NCBI GenBank assembly: GCA_044224875.1
Contig: JBGAJQ010000042.1
Location: 1-48,131, forward strand
Origin: Gemmatimonadaceae bacterium
Lineage (GTDB): Bacteria; Gemmatimonadota; Gemmatimonadetes; Gemmatimonadales; Gemmatimonadaceae
Length of the DNA: 48,131 nucleotides
Reading direction: 5' to 3'
Shown here: one piece after another, positions 19,572-28,092 of the stretch
Layout of the letters: every line of letters begins with the position of its first letter
How positions within the stretch are numbered: the stretch's first letter is position 1
Program-made: the position numbers and the translations under genes
The notes under the pieces: model-generated
Database searches by the model: none
What the model saw: only the letters and a program-made list of their open reading frames with translations
Told to the model about the DNA's origin: nothing

Positions 19572-19751
19572 CAGGACGGGCGGGGGTGAGCTGGGCCGAT
19601 CCGTCGACGGGTTACCCATCGCCGGCGGCGCCTTGGATCGGTCTCTCAAAGCATAACGCCCAATCCCGCTTCGCAACATCGCGTCGCCTCTGGTCAGGAG
19701 CCTCTTTTCCACTGTGTCAGGAACACGTGGGCCCCGGTGCTCCCCTAACGA

Positions 19752-19787
19752 AATGGGTCCGGGAGAGATAGCGCTCCCGGACCCATT
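19752..19787 (-). terminator. Strong hairpin, probable terminator of the rpsF-rplI/ncRNA transcript
   Basis: Perfect 14-bp stem (aatgggtccgggag 19752-19765 / ctcccggacccatt 19774-19787) with a short T-rich tail on the minus strand. Confidence 0.75.
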
Positions 19788-19789
19788 CA

Positions 19790-19880
19790 AGACCTTACGA
19801 CCGACGCTTCCTCAAGGTGCTGCGGAACGGGGCAAAACGCACCTTCTACAGGCCGTTGCTGCTCCCGGTCGGCGGTTCGT
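19790..19880 (-). ncRNA. Candidate structured ncRNA downstream of rplI (resembles the Acido-Lenti-1 motif)
   Basis: Nested stems ccgac/gtcgg and aaggtgc/gcacctt; minus-strand pattern CAGCAAC-GGCCTGTAG...TTGAGGAA. The family resemblance is from memory and was not searched. Confidence 0.45.
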
Positions 19881-19882
19881 CC

Positions 19883-20326
19883 CTAGGCCTTGATCACCCA
19901 CACCTTCACCTCCGGTCGGACGTCGGCATGGAGACGAACCGGCACACGATAGACTCCGAGCGCCTTGATTGGCTCATGCAGGTCGATAAGGCGCTTCTCG
20001 ATGGAGAAGCCTTGGGCTGCGAGTTGCTCAGCGATGTCCGCGGCGGTCACCGAGCCGAACAACTTGCCTTCCTCACCCACTCGCGCCGAGAAGGTCAGGG
20101 AGACCTGCTCCACGCGCGCTGCGAGCTCCTGCGCCGATTCACGACGCGAGTTCTCCGCCGCTTCCAGCCGCGCCTTTTCCTGGGCAATCCGGCGCTTGTT
20201 GCCTTCGGTTGCCTCAACCGCGATGCCGCGGGGAAGCAGGTAATTCCGCGCGAACCCGGCAGACACCTTCACCAGATCGCCCGGATGTCCAAGGCTGTCC
20301 ACCGCTTGTCGAAGAATGACTTCCAT
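19883..20326 (-). CDS. rplI: 50S ribosomal protein L9
   Basis: MEVIL..V..LG..GDLVKVSAGFARNYLLPRG, GKLFGSVT, PIKALG. Confidence 0.97.
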   Translation of the reverse strand: MEVILRQAVDSLGHPGDLVKVSAGFARNYLLPRGIAVEATEGNKRRIAQEKARLEAAENSRRESAQELAARVEQVSLTFSARVGEEGKLFGSVTAADIAEQLAAQGFSIEKRLIDLHEPIKALGVYRVPVRLHADVRPEVKVWVIKA

Positions 20327-20344
20327 TGGGTCACTCCACTCTCG

Positions 20345-21391
20345 TTATGTAGTCGGACGCACCCGCCGGCGCAGATCCAGCCACGTATCCCCCAGTCCCA
20401 GCCCGATCGAGAACAACCCAATGATCGGCCACGAGAGGATCGCGACGAATATCAACAGCGCGAGGGCGATGCGGCGCGGTGCGAGGAACCAGGACAGCAC
20501 CCCGAGGCCGCGCAATAAGTACAGCACTCCAAGAAACACCAGCATGTTGAACCCGACACCACGCAGTGACGCGAGTGTCGGTAGCACCACCAACGTAATC
20601 CCAACCACCAAGCCACAGATCAACTGGTCGTTGAAGCGAAACTCGCGGATTGGGCCAAGGGGCGGCCCCAAGCGCACGCGGCTCGCGCGATGGAACAACC
20701 CCCACACCAGGGCTAACGTCGCCATCGATTCCAGGGCGAGGAGCGCCGGCACCACTGCCGCCGTCGCTTTCGGCACCTCGGTCCAGAACCGCACGACTTC
20801 CGCCGACAGGTTCATCACCGACTGGTTGCCTTCTTCCAACTTCTTCCACTCCGGCGTCGCCGCCGTGGTGTTCCAGTCACTCAAGGCGTCGCTCCCACGC
20901 TGCTCTATCTGTCCGCGCAGCGAGGAGCCAAACCGGGCGAATCCGTCTGGACGCGCCAAAAGCATGCCGCTCACCAACGTGAAGGTGAGTGCGGTGGACG
21001 CCAACGCCCGTGGGAACAGCGGGCGGTTCGCATATGCCAACGACACCGCCCCGAACGTCGCTGCCAACAGCACCGACCATGCCCGAACGATCCCGTCGTA
21101 GGTCGCATCACCGGAGATGGGCCGAGCGACGGTCCAAATGGCCAACGCCGTCCAGATTACCGCCAGCGAGAACCGACCGCCGGCACGCCAACCCAGCAAC
21201 GTGCAGACCGCCATGGTAGGCGTGATCAACACGATCGTTTCCTCGATAGGGGAAACGATCTGGAGATGCGGGATGACGGGCACCGCGAGAAAGAGCAGGA
21301 GGGCCGGTATGAACCGGCGCCACCCAGATTCCCGAAGGGGCTCGCCCTGCGGGGCCTCTTGCTCGGCGCTCGAAGCTACGGCGTCTGAAAT
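20345..21391 (-). CDS. DUF2232/YybS-family integral membrane protein
   Basis: Multiple TM helices, YLLRGLGV and GLGDTWLDLRRR motifs, and the usual position between rpsR and rplI. Start uncertain; ATT 21391 follows a GGAGG. Confidence 0.8.
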   Translation of the reverse strand: MSDAVASSAEQEAPQGEPLRESGWRRFIPALLLFLAVPVIPHLQIVSPIEETIVLITPTMAVCTLLGWRAGGRFSLAVIWTALAIWTVARPISGDATYDGIVRAWSVLLAATFGAVSLAYANRPLFPRALASTALTFTLVSGMLLARPDGFARFGSSLRGQIEQRGSDALSDWNTTAATPEWKKLEEGNQSVMNLSAEVVRFWTEVPKATAAVVPALLALESMATLALVWGLFHRASRVRLGPPLGPIREFRFNDQLICGLVVGITLVVLPTLASLRGVGFNMLVFLGVLYLLRGLGVLSWFLAPRRIALALLIFVAILSWPIIGLFSIGLGLGDTWLDLRRRVRPTT

Positions 21392-21405
21392 ACGACCCTC
21401 CGGCC

Positions 21406-21627
21406 CTAACCCTGATGGCCGCGGATGTACGGGATGATGGCGAGATAGCGGGCGCGCTTGATTGCCGTGGACAGCTGGCGCTGGTGACGCGCGCACACAC
21501 CACTCAGGCGACTCGGGAGAATCTTCCCGTGGTCCGTAATGAACCGGCCGAGTGAGCGATCATCCTTGTAGTCCACGTAGTGGACGCGTCCTTCGCAGAA
21601 GGGACAGGTCTTTTGAGCTCGTCGCAT
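21406..21627 (-). CDS. rpsR: 30S ribosomal protein S18 (zinc-binding C+ form)
   Basis: [36 protein letters not shown]. Confidence 0.97.
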   Translation of the reverse strand: MRRAQKTCPFCEGRVHYVDYKDDRSLGRFITDHGKILPSRLSGVCARHQRQLSTAIKRARYLAIIPYIRGHQG

Positions 21628-21630
21628 GGG

Positions 21631-21996
21631 TTAGTCCTCGTCCTCGTCGTCGTCGTCGCGGCGGCGTCCCACACCAAGGTCTTCGTCGAGCAAGTTCGCC
21701 GGCGCGCCCACGTCGTGCTCGTAGATGGTGATGAGATAGCGAATCACGCCGTCGTCCAGCTTCATCGCGCGCTCGAACTCCGGAAGGACGTTCGCCTCGC
21801 AATGGAACTTGGCCACGACGTAGTAGCCGGTGTCGCGGGGACCGATCTTGTACGCCAGTTGGCGCCGTCCCCAATGGTCGACCTGAATCTCCTCCTTCGT
21901 GTGAAGGAGCCCGTGAAATCGGGTGAGTTTTTCCTGGATGGCGGCATCTTCGAGGGTCGAATCGAAGATGTACACCGCCTCGTATCGTCGAGACAC
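21631..21996 (-). CDS. rpsF: 30S ribosomal protein S6
   Basis: RRYEAVYIF, WGRRQLAYKI, GYY, VIRYL, acidic tail. Confidence 0.96.
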   Translation of the reverse strand: MSRRYEAVYIFDSTLEDAAIQEKLTRFHGLLHTKEEIQVDHWGRRQLAYKIGPRDTGYYVVAKFHCEANVLPEFERAMKLDDGVIRYLITIYEHDVGAPANLLDEDLGVGRRRDDDDEDED

Positions 21997-22006
21997 GTGT
22001 CGGCAA

Positions 22007-22060
22007 TCCTCCCTTTGGTCGTGGCCGCCCTTCGCTGGTTGCCGGAAGCGAGGGGAGGGA
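22007..22060 (-). promoter_or_regulatory. Probable S6:S18 ribosomal-protein leader (translational autoregulatory RNA)
   Basis: Minus strand reads CCCTCC-cctcgct..agcgaagg-GCGGCCAC-GACCAAA-GGGAGG. The anti-SD can pair with the SD of rpsF around an inner hairpin, matching the known rpsF leader layout. Confidence 0.65.
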
Positions 22061-22185
22061 ACGCTCTGCGCCCGTCCTATTTGGGATGACGCGTCAGAGG
22101 CTCTTGTGATTGTGCGCGAAATCTACTCCCATATGGTGAAGAATTCCAAGAGCATACGCGATCTCACCCGTCCTGACGACTTATC

Positions 22186-22863
22186 ATGTGTGGCCGCTTC
22201 GGATTAACCAGACCAGAGCGCCTTGACCTGAAGAGGCTGGGACTGTCCGAAGCGCCTAGCCTCGAGCCGCGCTTCAACATTTCGCCGGGCGAGGAAATCC
22301 TCGTGGTCCGCGACCGAGGCGGAACGCGTGTCGCCGACTTCGTCCACTGGGGCTTCATTCCGCACTGGTCCAAGTCGGGTAAGGCCGAAAGCATCAACGC
22401 ACGTGGGGACACGGCGTTCGAGAAGTCATCGTTCCGCGACGCCATGCGACTGCGGCGCTGCCTGGTTCCGGCCGATCTCTTCTACGAATGGCAGGTGGTT
22501 CCCGGCCAAAGGCACAAGCAGCCTTACGCCGTCCGGCTCAAGGACCGAGAGCCGTTCATGCTCGGAGCCATCTGGGATTTCTGGCGACCTGCCGAGGGGG
22601 GTGAGGGGCGGCCAAGCTGCGCCATCCTGACCACGGATCCCAACACGCTCATGACACCAATTCACGACCGGATGCCGGTAATTGTGCCCGCCGACAAGTA
22701 CCGCATGTGGTTCGACCCGCGAACACCCGCGCCCGCGATCCGCGATGTCATGCAGGCCCACCCGTCAGACGACATGGAGCTGTGGCCGATCAGCTTGCGG
22801 GTGAACAGTCCGAAGGAGGATGACGCCGGGCTCCTCGAACCGGTCGAGGAGCCGACGCTGTAG
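22186..22863 (+). CDS. SOS response-associated peptidase (SRAP/YedK/HMCES), abasic-site protection
   Basis: N-terminal MCGRF (catalytic Cys2), RFNISP, INARG, RRCLVPAD.FYEW, IHDRMPVI, VNSP. Confidence 0.95.
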   Translation: MCGRFGLTRPERLDLKRLGLSEAPSLEPRFNISPGEEILVVRDRGGTRVADFVHWGFIPHWSKSGKAESINARGDTAFEKSSFRDAMRLRRCLVPADLFYEWQVVPGQRHKQPYAVRLKDREPFMLGAIWDFWRPAEGGEGRPSCAILTTDPNTLMTPIHDRMPVIVPADKYRMWFDPRTPAPAIRDVMQAHPSDDMELWPISLRVNSPKEDDAGLLEPVEEPTL

Positions 22864-22879
22864 CTGCTTCCGAGACGCG

Positions 22880-23980
22880 TCAGACGTTGAAGCGGAAAAG
22901 CATCACGTCGCCGTCCTGAACGACGTATTCCTTGCCTTCGGATCGCACGGCCCCCTTTTCGCGGGCCCCCTTCCACCCTCCATGCGCGACGAAATCGTCG
23001 TAGCTGACGGTCTCGGCCCGGATGAACCCCTTCTCGAAGTCGGTGTGGATCGCGGCGGCGGCCCGCGGCGCCGTATCGCCCTGGTGGATCGTCCACGCGC
23101 GCACTTCCTGCTCACCGGCGGTGAAATAGGTCTGCAGTCCCATGAGGTGATAGCCGGCTCGAATCACGCGGTCGAGACCGGCCGACGTCAGGCCGAGGGA
23201 GTGCAGGAATTCGGCGCGGTCCGCTTCCGGAAGCTCGGCCAGCTCGGCCTCGATGCGCGCGGAGAAGGGGACGACCTCCGCATGTTCGCCACTCTCGGCG
23301 ACGACTGCGCGCAACGCTCGCAAGTGCGGGCCTTCATCTCCGTGCAACTCGTGGTCGGTCACGTTGGCGGCGTACAGGACGGGCTTGGCCGTCAGCAGCT
23401 GCAACGGCTGTAGTCGCGTCAGCGACTCTTCGTCCAGACGCGCCATCCAGATGCCCCGGCCCTCGGACAAGTGGCGATACGCCATCTCGAGCGCCGGGAG
23501 TTCCGCTTGCGCGTCCTTCTCACCGGATCGCGCCGACCGCAGGACCTTGTCCATTCGCTTCTCGACCGCCGCGAGGTCGGCAATCGCCAATTCGTACTCG
23601 ATCACGTCCCGGTCACGGACGGGATCCACGCCACCCATGACGTGCGTGACGTCCGGGTCCTCGAAGCACCGGACAACGTGAACGATCGCATCGGTTTCGC
23701 GAATATTGGCCAGGAACTTGTTGCCGAGTCCCTCGCCCTGTGCGGCACCTTTCACCAGTCCGGCGATGTCCACGAACTGCACCACAGCCGGCAGCGTGCG
23801 CTTCGGTTGCACCACCTCGGCCAAGGCGACTAGTCGTGGGTCCGGAACCTCGACGATTCCAACATTCGGTTCCACGGTACAGAAGGGGTAGTTCGCCGCG
23901 TCGGCCTTGGCCGCGGTCAATGCATTGAACAAGGTCGACTTGCCGACGTTAGGCAGGCCGACGATTCCGAGCGCAAGCAT
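22880..23980 (-). CDS. ychF: Redox-regulated ATPase YchF
   Basis: GLPNVGKST, ANYPFCT, DIAGLVKGA..GEGLGNKFL, C-terminal TGS domain GKEYVVQDGDVMLFRFNV. Confidence 0.98.
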   Translation of the reverse strand: MLALGIVGLPNVGKSTLFNALTAAKADAANYPFCTVEPNVGIVEVPDPRLVALAEVVQPKRTLPAVVQFVDIAGLVKGAAQGEGLGNKFLANIRETDAIVHVVRCFEDPDVTHVMGGVDPVRDRDVIEYELAIADLAAVEKRMDKVLRSARSGEKDAQAELPALEMAYRHLSEGRGIWMARLDEESLTRLQPLQLLTAKPVLYAANVTDHELHGDEGPHLRALRAVVAESGEHAEVVPFSARIEAELAELPEADRAEFLHSLGLTSAGLDRVIRAGYHLMGLQTYFTAGEQEVRAWTIHQGDTAPRAAAAIHTDFEKGFIRAETVSYDDFVAHGGWKGAREKGAVRSEGKEYVVQDGDVMLFRFNV

Positions 23981-24204
23981 GCAGGGGACGGTGAAGGGAA
24001 CGCGCGGCGCTCACCACGAACGCCGAACGGGTTGAGCCGCTGCTCCCACTGCGCGGTGTGAGCCCGGAGTGGAAGAGGTGACCGAAGCATCCAGCAGCCC
24101 GGTGTGGACGGCGATTCGACGCTAACGGTGCCGCGGCGACGAAAAGTAACAGGGTGCAACAAAGAGATGACGTGTGACGACGTCTGCGCGAGCACCTTCG
24201 CGGC

Positions 24205-24714
24205 ATGTCCTCCACACAGCATCTCACCGTATGGCGGAAGGCGCATGAGCTGGCGGTTCGGATCCATGAAACCACGGCAGCCACGGAGCCCTCGCCTCAC
24301 GTTGACCTGGCGCATCGGCTTCGTGCGGTATCCATCGCCATTCCACTGGCGATCGACAACGGTGCGCAAAGCCACACACCCGGGGAATTCGCCGCCCTCC
24401 TCGAGCACGCGCAGGTGCTCGCGCGGGAGCTCGAATACCTGATTTCCCTCTCGCAGTCCGTCGGCGTTGTTGCCCCGGCCGAAGGCACGCGCCTGCTGGC
24501 GCGCCTGGAACTCGTTCGACGCATGACGGCGGGGCTGCTCCGCGTGCTGGAGCGAAAGTCAGCCGCACGATTCGCTCGAGGGAAGGCGGAAGCCTCGGCG
24601 CTCCGCAGCGCATCACGGCCTGGCAGTGCGCCGACTACGACCGAATCGCCCGTGCCGCGTGGCGGGGCTAATTCGCGTCGTCGGCCTTCGACTCGCCCGA
24701 GTCCTTCCGGTTGA
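24205..24714 (+). CDS. Four-helix-bundle protein (S23 IVP/Avd-like family)
   Basis: LTVWRKAHELAVRIHETT...LRAVSIAIPLAIDNG...ELEYL...VRRMTAGL. The low-complexity tail overlaps the pth 3' end. Confidence 0.8.
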   Translation: MSSTQHLTVWRKAHELAVRIHETTAATEPSPHVDLAHRLRAVSIAIPLAIDNGAQSHTPGEFAALLEHAQVLARELEYLISLSQSVGVVAPAEGTRLLARLELVRRMTAGLLRVLERKSAARFARGKAEASALRSASRPGSAPTTTESPVPRGGANSRRRPSTRPSPSG

Positions 24715-25276
24715 ACCTGTTCATGGCCTTCTCCACGCCGTCCCGTACCCAACATTCACACAGCTCACGCAGTTCCGGCATGAGCGCGAGAATCACCTCT
24801 CGCTCGTCCTTTCCGAATCGATCCAGCACGAAGTTGGACAGGTCGCCGATCTCGCGATGCTCCTCATTCGGTCGGATCCCAATCCGCAATCGCGCATAGT
24901 CCTGACTTCCCACCACGGACTCCGTTGACTTGAGTCCGTTGTGGCCCACCGGCACTTCCGCGAGCACGCAGACGATGCGTACCAGGGCAAGCGCGACTTC
25001 GTCGACGATCACGGGGAAGGTCGATGCCGGGGACCACGTGGCGCGGCGCAGGTAGGGACGCAAGGCGGCGCCACTGGGGTTCATGAACGTCTGCGGCTTC
25101 ATCAGGCGCACCCGAGTGCCACCAACGCGACCGTCGGCGATGAGGGACGAGCCATCGCGCCGCCAGGCATCCAGATGCCAAACGTCGGCCAGGTGGTCCA
25201 CGACCCACCAGCCGACGTTGTGGCGCGTCTGGGCGTAGTCCCGCCCAGGATTTCCGAGTCCGACGATGAGCCGCAC
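24668..25276 (-). CDS. pth: Peptidyl-tRNA hydrolase with an internal out-of-frame segment
   Basis: LIVGLGNPG..YAQTRHNVG, KPQTFMN, GHNGLKS, RLRIGI. Confidence 0.93.
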   Translation of the reverse strand: MRLIVGLGNPGRDYAQTRHNVGWWVVDHLADVWHLDAWRRDGSSLIADGRVGGTRVRLMKPQTFMNPSGAALRPYLRRATWSPASTFPVIVDEVALALVRIVCVLAEVPVGHNGLKSTESVVGSQDYARLRIGIRPNEEHREIGDLSNFVLDRFGKDEREVILALMPELRELCECWVRDGVEKAMNRFNRKDSGESKADDAN

Positions 25277-25294
25277 CTAACGAGTGCCGGCCTA

Positions 25295-25954
25295 CTACTT
25301 TTCCTTCTCCTCGGGCTCTTCCTCGGTCTTCGCCTTGCGAATGACTTCGGGCTCGGCCGCCGCCTCGGCGGCTTCCGCCGGTACCGGCTCCTTCTCTTCC
25401 TTCGGTGCGGCGACGACGCAGACCGTGGAATCGCTGTCCTCCATCACCTCGACACCGTCCGGCGTCTTGAGTTCGCTCACGTGCACGGAGCGTCCAATGT
25501 TCAGCTCCGTCACGTCAAACTCGATGCGATTCGGAATGTTCATGGGGTCCACGCGGCAGACCAGTTCGTTCAACACCTGGTTCAGGATACCGCCGGACTG
25601 ACGCACGCCAACCGAGGTGCCGACGAGGACGATCGGGATGCGCACGGTGACCTTCTCACCAGCGACCAATTCCTGGAAGTCGACATGGATCGGGTTGCGG
25701 CGAAGGGGATCGCGCTGAATCTCGCGGATGAGGGTCCGAGACATCACCCCGTCCACCGTGAGTTCGATCACCGTGTTTTCCGCGGAGATATGTTCGAGCA
25801 GTCGGGAGAGCTCGCGGCTGTTGATCGACAGCGCGAGTGGAGAGCGGGCGTGACCGTAGATGACGGCGGGCACGCTACCGGCGGCGCGAAGCTTCCGGGC
25901 GACACCCTTACCAGACTGGGTGCGCGCTGAGGCAGTGAGTTGAGCAGTAGCCAT
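25295..25954 (-). CDS. rplY: 50S ribosomal protein L25/general stress protein Ctc
   Basis: GKGVARKLR..G.VPAVIYG, HVDFQ, GVRQSGGIL; long Ctc form with an acidic tail. Confidence 0.95.
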   Translation of the reverse strand: MATAQLTASARTQSGKGVARKLRAAGSVPAVIYGHARSPLALSINSRELSRLLEHISAENTVIELTVDGVMSRTLIREIQRDPLRRNPIHVDFQELVAGEKVTVRIPIVLVGTSVGVRQSGGILNQVLNELVCRVDPMNIPNRIEFDVTELNIGRSVHVSELKTPDGVEVMEDSDSTVCVVAAPKEEKEPVPAEAAEAAAEPEVIRKAKTEEEPEEKEK

Positions 25955-26069
25955 GGGACGGACCTGACGAAAGGGACCTGAGTCAAGGGGAGGTCAAAGG
26001 GGGAGTGGTCGTCCAACCCACGCCTGTTCTTCGCCGCCGTTGATTGTGCGACCTGCGAGGTATCAGGCC

Positions 26070-27023
26070 CTAGTCGAACAGGCTGGACACCGACTGCTCC
26101 GAGTGCGTGAAGCGAATGGCCTTCGCCAGCAGCTCGCCGACCGACAGCACCTTGAGTGCCGGAAACCGCTTTTCCTCCGGCAGCGCGATCGAATCGGTAA
26201 TGACGACTTCCGTGATGGGCGACTCGGAGAGTCGCTGCACCGCTGGACCAGACAACAACCCATGCGTGGCGCAGACGTAGATGTCACGCGCGCCCAGCCG
26301 TTTCAACGTCTTCGCCGTCTCGGTCACCGTGCCCGCGGTGTCGATCATGTCGTCGGGGATGAGACAGTCTCGCCCCTCGACTTCGCCGACCACGTTCATG
26401 ACTTCCGCGACATTGGCCGCCGGACGTCGCTTGTCGATGAGCGCAATGGTGCCGTTCAGTCGCTTGGCGAATCCGCGAGCCATCTTGGCCGACCCCACGT
26501 CAGGTGCAACGACGACGAGGTCGGTGAACTGCTTCTTCCGGAAATGCGAGACCAGCACCGGCGATGCATAGAGGTGATCGACGGGGACGTCGAAAAACCC
26601 CTGCAACTGGTGCTGATGGAAATCCAACCCGAGCACACGATTGGCGCCGGCCGTTTCTATGATGTTGGCCAACAACTTGGCGCCAATGGACACGCGCGGT
26701 TGGTCCTTCCGGTCCTGCCGCGAGTATCCGTAATACGGCATCACGCAGGTCACCCGCGCGGCCGACGCCCGCTTCGCGGCATCGATCAGGAGCAGAAGCT
26801 CCATGATGTGGTCCGCTGGCGGATTGGTCGGCTGGACAATGAAAACGTCCGCGCCGCGAACATTTTCGTCGATTCGCACGAAGATCTCGCCGTCCGCAAA
26901 GCGGTTGACGGTCACCTTGGCGAGTTCCACACCAAGCGACCGGGCAATCTCCTCCGCGAGTCCCCTGTTGGCGGTCCCCGACAGCAACTTGAAGCCGCGG
27001 AGAACACCAGGCAGATGGTCCAT
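26070..27023 (-). CDS. prs: Ribose-phosphate pyrophosphokinase
   Basis: FADGE, PYYGYSRQDRK, VAPDVG, DKRR, DDMIDTAGT, ATHG. Confidence 0.97.
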   Translation of the reverse strand: MDHLPGVLRGFKLLSGTANRGLAEEIARSLGVELAKVTVNRFADGEIFVRIDENVRGADVFIVQPTNPPADHIMELLLLIDAAKRASAARVTCVMPYYGYSRQDRKDQPRVSIGAKLLANIIETAGANRVLGLDFHQHQLQGFFDVPVDHLYASPVLVSHFRKKQFTDLVVVAPDVGSAKMARGFAKRLNGTIALIDKRRPAANVAEVMNVVGEVEGRDCLIPDDMIDTAGTVTETAKTLKRLGARDIYVCATHGLLSGPAVQRLSESPITEVVITDSIALPEEKRFPALKVLSVGELLAKAIRFTHSEQSVSSLFD

Positions 27024-27081
27024 TTGCCGTAGCCCTGAAACGTAGAAGTGACTGGAGGTTAAGTCAACGCGACCCCTCCCA

Positions 27082-27152
27082 TTGCCCCCGGTGGAATCGA
27101 ACCACCATTCTCGGATCCAAAGACCGATGTCCTACCGTTGAACGAGGGGGCA
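27082..27152 (-). tRNA. tRNA-Gln(UUG)
   Basis: Acceptor TGCCCCC/GGGGGCA, anticodon loop CT-TTG-GA, T-arm GGTGG-TTCGATT-CCACC; CCA not encoded; typical position between ispE and prs. Confidence 0.95.
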
Positions 27153-27168
27153 AGAAGAGCCCTGAAAC

Positions 27169-28092
27169 CTAGTCGATCAGTTCAACGGCCTCAACGCGCG
27201 TGCTCGTGGTAGCAAGCAGCACCTTGACCCCTGCGCTCAAGGGCATCATCCAGTTCGGACGCTTTTCCGTCTCTGGGTTCAGCGCCAGAAAGACTGACGA
27301 GCCGGAGCCGGACATGAGCGCTACGGCGTCCTCCCCAAAGCCGCCGGCCGCGATGGCCTTCCGGGCGCCACTCAAGGTCAACTCAATGAGGCGAAATCGA
27401 GGAAGAACGACGGCCTCAAAGTCATTGTGCGCCAGTCGCGCAATCTCCGACCATTCCGTCAGTCGATGTGGTTCCAACAACACGGATCCATGGGGCGGCG
27501 GGGGCGTCCTTACCAGCCACCCGTAGGCATCTTTCGTCGGAACGCCGTGACCAAAGCCGAACACCATCACCTGTCGCTCAGAAAGCGCGGGGAGCCCCAT
27601 GAGCCGTTCGCCGCGCCCCCAGGCCATCGCCGCCGCGTGCTGGTCCTGCGTCAAGAACGGCGTGTCCGCTCCCAGGGCTACGGCGAGTTCCAGCAGCCGT
27701 TCCTGTGACATGGGGGCAGGGGCGAGGGCGTTCAAAGCCCGCAGCACGCCGCCCGCGTCGGCGCTCCCACCACCCAAGCCGCCCCCAACCGGTATACGCT
27801 TCTCGATGTCGATGGAGAACCCTTTCGGCCAGCCGGCCGCTTCGGCAAACGCTACGGCGGCGCGCCACGCCAGGTTCGATGTCACCGGGCCCAAACCCTC
27901 TTGGGGCAGCGCGTCTCCCGTAAAACGCAGCGTTCGCTCGTCGGTGTCCACTCGGACTACGACGTCGTCGCCTAACGAAATTCGCGTGAACAGCGTCTCG
28001 AGTTGATGAAACCCACTGGCCTCTCGTGCCAGGATGCGGAGGAACAAGTTGATCTTGGCCTGCGCCAGGACGCGGGCGGCGACTGGGGTCAT
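27169..28092 (-). CDS. ispE: 4-(cytidine 5'-diphospho)-2-C-methyl-D-erythritol kinase
   Basis: AKINLFL, KRIPVGGGLGGGSADA, LGADTPF, GRGE, NDFE, MSGSGS. Confidence 0.95.
   Translation of the reverse strand: MTPVAARVLAQAKINLFLRILAREASGFHQLETLFTRISLGDDVVVRVDTDERTLRFTGDALPQEGLGPVTSNLAWRAAVAFAEAAGWPKGFSIDIEKRIPVGGGLGGGSADAGGVLRALNALAPAPMSQERLLELAVALGADTPFLTQDQHAAAMAWGRGERLMGLPALSERQVMVFGFGHGVPTKDAYGWLVRTPPPPHGSVLLEPHRLTEWSEIARLAHNDFEAVVLPRFRLIELTLSGARKAIAAGGFGEDAVALMSGSGSSVFLALNPETEKRPNWMMPLSAGVKVLLATTSTRVEAVELID

Noticed and set aside
19790..19880. SAM-I riboswitch (CAGCAAC...AAGGTGC resemblance)
   Set aside because: The AUC-AGAG P1 element, the kink-turn P2 and GCUAAxUCC are missing, and the downstream gene is unrelated to sulfur metabolism.
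24205..24714. Four-helix bundle as a DGR accessory (Avd) or a 23S rRNA intervening-sequence protein
   Set aside because: No reverse transcriptase, TR/VR repeat pair or rRNA gene is in the window.
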